Below, piece by piece: positions 22,185 through 29,705 of a stretch of DNA of 29,705 nt; position 1 is the stretch's first letter; each line of letters opens with the position of its first letter. This DNA comes from Armatimonadota bacterium. GTDB lineage: Bacteria > Vulcanimicrobiota > JACPDS01 > JBDRKI01. Under the pieces are notes generated by a model. That model saw only the letters and a program-made list of their open reading frames with translations, was not told where the DNA came from and did not search any database. Location of the stretch: contig JBDRKI010000038.1 in NCBI GenBank assembly GCA_043814095.1, positions 1-29,705 of the forward strand, given 5' to 3'. The position numbers and the translations under genes were made by a program.

Positions 22185-23480
22185 TTATATCAAGGGTTTC
22201 CCGGTTATCGGGTTTACGAGTTTTCCGTATCTTTCTTTAAATTCGGCCTGCGTCATATTGGCGGTTTTTGCCAGTCTTGCCAGATATTTGGGCTGGAAAT
22301 CTTTTGCTTTCAGTCTAAGCATATATTCATAACCTACTTCATAATACTGGCTTTTAATATCCACAAGACGCACTCTTATCTTTCCCGTTTTGGGATCTTT
22401 GAGTTTTTCAAAAGGTATCATATGGCGGTTTCCGCCCGTGCTGCATACAAGAGCGCCGTTTTTGCCCGGGAGGTTCTTCGCGTCTTCCAGCAGGTATCTT
22501 ACTGCTCCAAATCCTAAGTCGCGGCAGTACGCGCAGTCAAAAGGTATGGGTGGCGCGCACCTTAGCTCATATCCCAATGTTACATCAACCATATTAAGCT
22601 TCTCTCCGCGGCTCGCGAAGCGCTTGATAATCTGCTTTTTTATAACTGTCGCAAGAGGAACTTCCGCGATGCGCAGGTGCCCGTGGTCATCATACTGCAC
22701 GTCAACACCCGGCAGTTTGTTTAATTCGGTAGGGTCAAGTATCTCAGCTATGCCTTCGGCTATTATGACAACACCGTGGTTTTGTCCCGTTGACCTTCTT
22801 TTGTAAATCGCGCCTTCTATAATAATGTTTATGTCGTTTAACGAGATGGGGGTTTTCTTGAATTCTTCGCCTATTATGGCCACGTGAGCGCCCGCGGCTT
22901 TTGTTATGCCCATTGCCAGATGCCCGGCTTTTCTTCCCATTACCACTACAACAAACCACCTGTCCGTTGTTTTGGCGTCATCCATAAGGTTGTGTACCAG
23001 CTGGGTTCCGACGTGCCGCGCGGTATGGAAGCCGAAAGTCGGCATGTTATTGGGCAGGGGTATATCATTATCAATTGTTTTAGGAACATGGGCTACCTTT
23101 ATTTTGCCTTTGGAATGTTTGCATATAGCGCTTGCCGAAAGTGCCGTATCGTCGCCGCCTATTGTTAGAAGATGATTAATTCCCAGCCGGTTTAAGCTTT
23201 TAACCACGTTGTCCATATCTTTCACGTTTTTCGTGGGGTTGGCGCGCGAGGTTCTTAATATTGATCCGCCTGCAAAATGTATTCTTGACACATCACCTAT
23301 CGTAAGGTCCGTTATTTTGGTTATATCGCCTTTTATAAGATGTTTGAAACCGTCATATATTCCCAGCACCCTTAAGCCGTTCTGCCTGGCTTCAATGGTG
23401 GCAGAGCCTATAACCCCGTTTATGCCCGGAGCAGGGCCGCCTCCTACAAGTATTCCCAGCGTATTTTGTTTTTTAGGCAT
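22185..23480 (-). CDS. pfp: Pyrophosphate-dependent phosphofructokinase
   Basis: GGGPAPGIN, GGDD and PKTIDND (PPi-type signature), MGR, LGYELRC. Confidence 0.92.
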   Translation of the reverse strand: MPKKQNTLGILVGGGPAPGINGVIGSATIEARQNGLRVLGIYDGFKHLIKGDITKITDLTIGDVSRIHFAGGSILRTSRANPTKNVKDMDNVVKSLNRLGINHLLTIGGDDTALSASAICKHSKGKIKVAHVPKTIDNDIPLPNNMPTFGFHTARHVGTQLVHNLMDDAKTTDRWFVVVVMGRKAGHLAMGITKAAGAHVAIIGEEFKKTPISLNDINIIIEGAIYKRRSTGQNHGVVIIAEGIAEILDPTELNKLPGVDVQYDDHGHLRIAEVPLATVIKKQIIKRFASRGEKLNMVDVTLGYELRCAPPIPFDCAYCRDLGFGAVRYLLEDAKNLPGKNGALVCSTGGNRHMIPFEKLKDPKTGKIRVRLVDIKSQYYEVGYEYMLRLKAKDFQPKYLARLAKTANMTQAEFKERYGKLVNPITGKPLI

Positions 23481-23655
23481 AATTACAGCCCCCTTATAAT
23501 AATCTTAATTTTGTAGTTGTTATTCTAATTAGTAAGTTTAAATCCTGCCTAGTATATAGAGTTGTAAAACCGCTGTCAAGCGCTATTGCAACTCGGTTCC
23601 CTTTCTGCTAAAATAAGGACTTGCTTGATTAAATAATACTGGAAGATTAATTATA

Positions 23656-25533
23656 ATGAATTCCGTAGCAATAATACATAACCCTGACATATTAAATATA
23701 TCTTTAAATAAAAGGTTGAAACAGGTAAAGGCGAAACACAGAAAAGACTTTATTGTTTTTATAGGCAATAATCCCGAACAGGAACAGGTTTGCAGGAAAC
23801 ATAAGGTCCATTTCCTTAATATAGATACATTTGCCCGCGATATAGATATAGACGAAATAATAAATACAGCGAACAGGCTTTTAAAGATATGGAATGCAGG
23901 CCATTCTTTAAGGTATAAAGAAGTTAACCTCAGCAAGTTTTTTGAAAACAACGTTTACCTTACGATCATAAGCACATTAAAAAGCATCTGCATAACCCAT
24001 AACATACTGAATGATTTAAAAACCAACTTTGTTTATTTAATTAACTCCCCGGAAACTAAACATTCCGAATACGATAATCTTTTCTTCTACATAAGCAAGG
24101 TTTTTTTCGATATTAAAAATCAAAACAAACTCCAGGTAAAAGTTAATTGCCTTAAGGAAAGCAACATATCCATACTGTATAATGAAATAAAAAAGAAATA
24201 TTTTGAAATCAAATTGTTTTACAAAAAATTGACAAATGCCTCAAGGTGTCTCTTAAAAAGAGGCGCCAGGGCGGAAGTCCCCCCTGAAGGGGTTAGAAAT
24301 ATAGCATTTTTAATGAACGGCTCCTTTGATGAGAATTACTCCCATCTTCTCGATATACTTGATAAAAACGAAAAGTACAGGATGGGATTTCTTTTCAGGG
24401 ATTTTAATTATAAATTAAGCGCTAAATTTGACACTAAATTTAAAAAATTTTTTCCCCCCGTTGTAAGCATGACAAAAGAATACGCGGACCTTGCCAAAGA
24501 AATTAAAAAGCTCCGGAACGAATACAGGCACAGAAATTTATTCAATTACAGAAGCTGTTATTTATGGAACACAATTCTTGATGAGGTCCAGTATCTTTTC
24601 CAGCATAAATTCTATAACCTTCTGGGCAAGGTCAAATATTTTGAAGATGTGCTTCTTAAGGAAAATATAAAGTTAATAATAGGTTCGGAAGTAGAGAGTG
24701 ATTTTAACAAGATAATGTTTCTTCTGGCAAGAAAATCCGGCATAAAAACAATAGACCTCCAGGACGATATACTTGTGGACGACACTTTTAACTTTGCCCA
24801 TACTTACAGCACTAAAATGCTTGTATGGGACAGGGTAACCGCGATGAATCTTAAAGATTACGGGGAGAAAGAATCTAAAATTGAACTTTTGGGCAATTTG
24901 AAATACCTGCATTATAAAGAGAGACCCATACCGAGAAAGAAGCAGTTCTGCGAAAGCATAGGTTTAAATCCCAAAGACAAACTTATTTTAATCGCCTTAA
25001 GCCAGAACAGGGGCCTGGCCGGCTTCAGCGATCCCAATATAAATACCAACCTTATAGAATGGGCGGTAAATCTCGCGAATAATTCCGAAGGGATACAGAT
25101 TATATTCAGGCCGCATCCTAAAGCAACGGATGATGATGTAAAATGGTTAAAGAGAGTATTAAACGGAAGAGTGTCTTCACAGGCGGTATTTGTTGATAAG
25201 AGCTCTCCTCTGCCGGACCTTCTGCAAAATATAAATTTATTTGTAAGCGGCGCGTCTCCCGTACTGCTTGACGCGATTTATTTTAACAAGCCCATAATAT
25301 ATGTTAACACGGGAGCAAAAGATCTTTTAAAGCGCTACACAGAGAAAGCCGTTATGGTTGAAGTGAAAAACGAAGCTGATTTCATGAAAAATATAAGGCT
25401 GCTGTTAAGCAACTTAAAGATGAATAAAGAGCTGGAAGTAAACCGCCAGAGCTTTATAAAAGAATATTTCCCCCCTGTTGATACTACTATCAATGAGAAA
25501 ACGGTCAGGATCGTTGAGAGTATGCTTAATTAA
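23656..25533 (+). CDS. Hypothetical GT-B fold surface-polysaccharide biosynthesis protein (CDP-glycerol glycerophosphotransferase-like)
   Basis: ARKSGIKTIDLQ, MLVWD, LGNLKY, IFRPHP, SPVLLDAIYFNKPI pattern. Confidence 0.6.
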   Translation: MNSVAIIHNPDILNISLNKRLKQVKAKHRKDFIVFIGNNPEQEQVCRKHKVHFLNIDTFARDIDIDEIINTANRLLKIWNAGHSLRYKEVNLSKFFENNVYLTIISTLKSICITHNILNDLKTNFVYLINSPETKHSEYDNLFFYISKVFFDIKNQNKLQVKVNCLKESNISILYNEIKKKYFEIKLFYKKLTNASRCLLKRGARAEVPPEGVRNIAFLMNGSFDENYSHLLDILDKNEKYRMGFLFRDFNYKLSAKFDTKFKKFFPPVVSMTKEYADLAKEIKKLRNEYRHRNLFNYRSCYLWNTILDEVQYLFQHKFYNLLGKVKYFEDVLLKENIKLIIGSEVESDFNKIMFLLARKSGIKTIDLQDDILVDDTFNFAHTYSTKMLVWDRVTAMNLKDYGEKESKIELLGNLKYLHYKERPIPRKKQFCESIGLNPKDKLILIALSQNRGLAGFSDPNINTNLIEWAVNLANNSEGIQIIFRPHPKATDDDVKWLKRVLNGRVSSQAVFVDKSSPLPDLLQNINLFVSGASPVLLDAIYFNKPIIYVNTGAKDLLKRYTEKAVMVEVKNEADFMKNIRLLLSNLKMNKELEVNRQSFIKEYFPPVDTTINEKTVRIVESMLN

Positions 25534-26627
25534 TTTTCCGGTTCCGGCTCGGGTTTTGGTTTTGGAGCATAATCAGGGTAGGAAACTTTCAAAAGATTCC
25601 ATTTTTCTTCAATCTGACCCAGAACATCCATCGCAAAGATTCTCCTGTACACTTCTATAGGCATAAGCAGGACATACATTAGGTAAACAAATACCGCAAA
25701 AGCGATCCCGCCGAAGAACACGGTTAAGAATATTGTAAAAGCATTCCAGGTAAGCTTAAAAGCGACTGCCAGAAGCCCCGAGAAAAGAACAATAAGCAGT
25801 ACGGGAATGCCGAGCACTATAAAGCAGATTAATAAAGCAAAGATGCTTATTATTCCCTGACAGATGGATATTATAAGTTTTAAGAACAGGTAAATGACGA
25901 AATTTAATATATTTCCTTTTGTGCGGGACATGAATTTTTTCCATGCCGCGAGTATTTTGATATCCTCGGCGTACATTACAGGGAGTATAAAATCCATGGT
26001 TATTATCCCGATAATCGCCATAAAGAGCATGACAAAAAGCAGTATTATGGAATACAAAAGAATCCAGAGCATATTTTGTGAATTATGGCTCTGTGAATAA
26101 AAATGTATATTCAAAATAATAACGCTTGCGAGAATAAAAACAAAGAATAAAACAATACTCCCGAATCCCAGAAGCCATAAGAAAAGCGAGCCTCCTTTTG
26201 ATTTTAACCTGTGGAAAGGTTCTTTAATGAACGCGCAGTTCTTTATGATATTATCCAGAAACACAAAATTCATTACCGATTTTAACCATATGAATAATAA
26301 TGTAAGCGCGAGAATAACTAAAATTCCTATAACCGCCAGGCCTATTAAAACAGCCAGTTTATCCGGATCGTTCAGTATATTTGCCACCTGGGTTTTAATC
26401 GTTCCCCAGTGCATATCATCACAACTGCCTGCAGGATTGTAATAAAGCTTATCTTTATCCTGATTCCAGTTCACAGGAATATTAAAATTAAAACTGAACC
26501 CTCCCCCGCATATGAAAAGGGATATAAATCCAAGTTTAAGCCATTTGCTTAACCGGAAAGGCTTGAATAATATACCGGCTGTATGTTTAAAAGCCCGGGA
26601 GAAAGAGTCAAAAACATGTATTTTCAT
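25530..26627 (-). CDS. Integral membrane hypothetical protein
   Basis: Multiple TM segments, WLKLGFISLF N-terminus, Pro/Glu tail; GGAGG RBS; 4-nt stop overlap with convergent gene. Confidence 0.8.
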   Translation of the reverse strand: MKIHVFDSFSRAFKHTAGILFKPFRLSKWLKLGFISLFICGGGFSFNFNIPVNWNQDKDKLYYNPAGSCDDMHWGTIKTQVANILNDPDKLAVLIGLAVIGILVILALTLLFIWLKSVMNFVFLDNIIKNCAFIKEPFHRLKSKGGSLFLWLLGFGSIVLFFVFILASVIILNIHFYSQSHNSQNMLWILLYSIILLFVMLFMAIIGIITMDFILPVMYAEDIKILAAWKKFMSRTKGNILNFVIYLFLKLIISICQGIISIFALLICFIVLGIPVLLIVLFSGLLAVAFKLTWNAFTIFLTVFFGGIAFAVFVYLMYVLLMPIEVYRRIFAMDVLGQIEEKWNLLKVSYPDYAPKPKPEPEPEN

Positions 26628-26718
26628 CTTCTGCCTCCTGTCAATAAATTAAATTCTTTTAATGAGATATAATTCCTTTGCAGGAGATTGCAGGAGTTTA
26701 AATAAATAGGGTGTCGTT

Positions 26719-27231
26719 ATGAGAATGTCCGTAAAACTGCTGGTAAATTTATCTTTATTTATCGCCCTGGCGATAGTCTTCAGGCGCCTTTTAAGCATAT
26801 CCGTACCTCCTGTGGGTAATATTAATTTCGGCGGTTTTCCCATAATACTGTCCGGATTTCTTTTCGGGCCTTTATGGGGCGGGGTTGTAGGGGGGCTATC
26901 CGATATACTGGGGTATCCTCTTTTTCCCAGGGCCGCATACCATGTTTATTTTACCCTTACATCTGTATTAACAGGGATTCTCCCCGCCCTTATATATAGT
27001 TTTTTCAGGCAGGATAAAAACAAGCCTTCCTTTTTATTAATTACCGTAAGTATTTTTATAGGGCAGTTTATAACAAGCGTGTATATGGTCTCATATTTTA
27101 TGAGCCAGTTATTCGGATATCCTTTTGTGATGTCGTTTTTTCACAGAGCCGTATCTCTGCTTATACGCGCTCCCCTCTATGCATTCTTAAGCATTTATGT
27201 TATAAAGGTATATAACAGGATAAACGAGTAA
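26719..27231 (+). CDS. ECF transporter S component, folate (FolT) family
   Basis: PIILSGFLFGPLWGGVVGGLSDILG..FP...YFTLT pattern; ~6 TM. Confidence 0.8.
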   Translation: MRMSVKLLVNLSLFIALAIVFRRLLSISVPPVGNINFGGFPIILSGFLFGPLWGGVVGGLSDILGYPLFPRAAYHVYFTLTSVLTGILPALIYSFFRQDKNKPSFLLITVSIFIGQFITSVYMVSYFMSQLFGYPFVMSFFHRAVSLLIRAPLYAFLSIYVIKVYNRINE

Positions 27232-27252
27232 TAATAATTCTGGAGAGTATAT

Positions 27253-29262
27253 ATGGATAAAAAGATTTTTCGCTTTATACTGGATAAAAACGAGAAAAAG
27301 AACGGTAAAGCCGTTTACAGCCTTATTTTAAATCTAAAAGTCAAATGTTCAAAAGATATAGAGATACAGCCCCTTGAAGAGCCGAAGTATTCAGGAAAGA
27401 TAGTGGGAATTATATTGTCCGGCGGAAATGAAAGTCTTGAATTTGCCGCGTCAAAGCTGGTTAAATACCTGGAAGAAAAAAAGGTTGCGTATTCGGAAGG
27501 GGATTTCGTTAAAGATCTTTCAGAAGTTTTAATTGCGGATGAGAGGCATAAAGACAGCAAGCTTGAGAAAGAACTTAAAAGCGGCATCGCGTTTTACCAC
27601 CTTGGCCTTTATGAAGATTCTTACCAGCAGCTGCTTAAAGTTATAAAACAGGATCCGAATAATCATCTTGCCTTGCAGCATATAGGCCTTATTTATGAGG
27701 GCAGGGAAGATTACACAAAAGCGGTTGATTACTATAAAAAGTCGCTGGAAGCCAAAGAAGATTTAAGTTCCACCCATTTTTTTCTGGGGAATGTGTACCA
27801 GAAACTCGGCAGTTACGAAGACGCCTTAAATGAATACAAAACAGCGATCAGGCTGGATCCTGAGATACCTATTCTTTACAACAATATGGCATGGACATTT
27901 TACCAGATAGGGGATTACGATAAAGCCATAAGGGCGTTTGAAGAATCCATAAACCTTGATCCGGATCTCCCGTTCCCTTATAACGGGCTGGGGTGTATAT
28001 ACCAGGAACTGGGTTATCTTGAAGACGCGGTTGAGGAGTTTTCTCAGGCGATAGAGCTTTTTCCGGAATACGCCGCCGCGCACTTAAAACTCGGATGGGT
28101 ATATTATCAGATGGGAGATTATGACAAAGCGGCGCTGGAGTTTAATTTTATCATAGAACATACAGAAGACGATAATTATATTTTAAGCTCGCATTACAGT
28201 CTTGCAAATACTTTTCTTGCTCAGAATCTTCTGGAAGAAGCTTATGAGGAATTCCTGCAGGTTATAGAGATTGATCCTTCCTTCGCGGACGCCTATTTTA
28301 ATCTCGGGGTTATATGCTCAAAACTGGAGATGTATGATCAGGCGATTAATTACCTTAATAAATGCATGGAAAAAAAATCCCGGCTTAAGGATCAGGCTCA
28401 TATGTATCTTGCTTTTTCATATACCCATCTTAAGAAATTTGATGAAGCGGTTAAGGAATGCGAGCTTGCCCTTAAGGTTGAGCCGAACGATCCGGAAGTA
28501 TACAGCATTCTGGGCAGCATACATTCTTTTAAAGAGGAATGGGAATCGTCAATAGAGGCGTTTAAAAAATCACTGGAGTATAATCCCAATTCCGCAAGAA
28601 CAAGTTTTAATATAGCGCTGGCTTACGAGAATAAGGATGATTACGAGAATGCCGTAAAGTATTATAAAGGGGCTATCGCGGTTGACAGGAATTTTCTTGA
28701 GGCATATACAAATCTCGGATGGCTTTATCTTGATAATAATAAAAATGATGAAGCTCTTATTTTATTTGAGCGCGCGGTTGAATTAAAAGGCGATGACGCG
28801 GAACTTTTAAATAATCTGGGATGGGCTTATTCAAAAATAACGGATTACAAAAATGCCATTGAGCAGTATAAGAAAGCTTTAAAATGTAATCCCGGGTCCG
28901 CGGTTATTATGAATAACCTGGGTATAGCATCATACCAGCTTAAAGATTTTGACGCCGCCCGCCGTTATTTTCTACAGGCCCTTGATATGGATAAGGAAAA
29001 AGCGGTATCGGGTTTTGTCCACTTTTATCTAGGGCTTATCTGCGAAGAAGAAGAAAAACTGAAAGAAGCCATAGAAGAATTTAATATTACCAAAAAACTG
29101 GATACGGATAATTCCGAAGTTTATTACCATATAGGCAGATGCTACGATAAAATGTCCCTGAAAGAGGAAGCGTGTAAATTCTGGGAAAAATACCTTGAGC
29201 TTGAGCCCGAAGGGGAGTTCGCGGTGGAAGTGAAGGAAAAAATGGGCAGTTCAAGCAAGTAA
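27253..29262 (+). CDS. Tetratricopeptide repeat protein
   Basis: About 16 tandem 34-aa TPR units (e.g. AYFNLG, YNNMA, A..LDP) after a ~100-aa non-TPR N-terminus. Confidence 0.95.
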   Translation: MDKKIFRFILDKNEKKNGKAVYSLILNLKVKCSKDIEIQPLEEPKYSGKIVGIILSGGNESLEFAASKLVKYLEEKKVAYSEGDFVKDLSEVLIADERHKDSKLEKELKSGIAFYHLGLYEDSYQQLLKVIKQDPNNHLALQHIGLIYEGREDYTKAVDYYKKSLEAKEDLSSTHFFLGNVYQKLGSYEDALNEYKTAIRLDPEIPILYNNMAWTFYQIGDYDKAIRAFEESINLDPDLPFPYNGLGCIYQELGYLEDAVEEFSQAIELFPEYAAAHLKLGWVYYQMGDYDKAALEFNFIIEHTEDDNYILSSHYSLANTFLAQNLLEEAYEEFLQVIEIDPSFADAYFNLGVICSKLEMYDQAINYLNKCMEKKSRLKDQAHMYLAFSYTHLKKFDEAVKECELALKVEPNDPEVYSILGSIHSFKEEWESSIEAFKKSLEYNPNSARTSFNIALAYENKDDYENAVKYYKGAIAVDRNFLEAYTNLGWLYLDNNKNDEALILFERAVELKGDDAELLNNLGWAYSKITDYKNAIEQYKKALKCNPGSAVIMNNLGIASYQLKDFDAARRYFLQALDMDKEKAVSGFVHFYLGLICEEEEKLKEAIEEFNITKKLDTDNSEVYYHIGRCYDKMSLKEEACKFWEKYLELEPEGEFAVEVKEKMGSSSK

Positions 29263-29286
29263 TCAAGCAAAAAATATATTTTTTTC

Positions 29287-29323
29287 AAAAAACAGCTCTA
29301 GATTGAATCAGGGTTGTTTTTTT
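29287..29323 (+). terminator. Intrinsic terminator
   Basis: AAAAAACAGCTCT / AGGGTTGTTTTTTT with G-U pairs on + strand. Confidence 0.65.
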
Positions 29324-29440
29324 ATTTGTCATTGTTACTGCAAAACAGATTCTTGCCCGATTAAAGGATTTTGTCGAGCGGTAAAGAACTAACCATTGCT
29401 TTTCAAATAGAAGTCAAAATATGTATATTAAGGGGGCATT

Positions 29441-29705
29441 ATGCTTAAAGAAAAAATAAAACAGGCTTCATCCATTTTAAAGGAAAAAAAGATTGATCTC
29501 TGGCTTACATTTGTGAGGGAATCTTCAACCATCCATGATCCGGCACTGGATCTTATCTTCGGTGCGAGCTGTACATGGCAGTCGGCTTTTATTATTACGT
29601 CTTCCGGAAAATCGGTAGCTATTGTAGGCAGTCTGGATGTGGAAGGGGTTAAAGCAACGGGCCTTTATGAAGAAGTTATAGGTTATGTTGCAGGCATAAA
29701 GGATA
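29441..29705 (+). CDS. M24 family (Xaa-Pro) peptidase, N-terminal part, truncated by window
   Basis: MLKEKIKQASSILKEKKIDLWLTFVRESSTIHDPALDLIFGASCTWQSAFII; GGGGG RBS. Confidence 0.75.
   Translation, partial: MLKEKIKQASSILKEKKIDLWLTFVRESSTIHDPALDLIFGASCTWQSAFIITSSGKSVAIVGSLDVEGVKATGLYEEVIGYVAGIKD

Noticed and set aside
22003-23499. Several plus-strand ORFs overlapping pfp
   Set aside because: Antisense to a well-supported conserved gene, with no motifs
26628-26718. THF riboswitch upstream of FolT-like gene
   Set aside because: Only 91 nt shared between divergent genes and no recognisable riboswitch motif

Overview
Bacterial chromosomal window built around a complete rRNA operon (P1/P2 promoters, 16S, tRNA-free spacer, 23S, 5S, terminator) in which both large rRNA genes are interrupted by self-splicing introns. 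The 16S gene carries an 857-nt group IIC-like intron at E. coli position ~1396. It encodes a LAGLIDADG homing endonuclease rather than a reverse transcriptase, has a 5' extension and lacks a normal branch-point domain VI. The 23S gene carries a 744-nt group I intron at L1917 with a second LAGLIDADG ORF. The window opens inside a conventional class C group II intron whose RT is frameshifted. Housekeeping-type genes include a BtuFCD-like ABC transporter, a radical SAM protein, a nucleotidyltransferase, a PK_C-domain protein, an L,D-transpeptidase, a GT4, a MenA-like prenyltransferase, a PPi-PFK, FolT, a TPR protein and an M24 peptidase. Other oddities are a membrane-pyrophosphatase-like protein stripped of catalytic loops, two promoters sharing an 11-bp-periodic GTTAAC operator (one ahead of a Gly/Met-rich protein, one ahead of a hairpin sRNA or small ORF), a flipped 23S 2593-2600 base pair, and a possible decayed LAGLIDADG remnant after the operon. 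All family calls come from motif recognition by eye; no searches were run.
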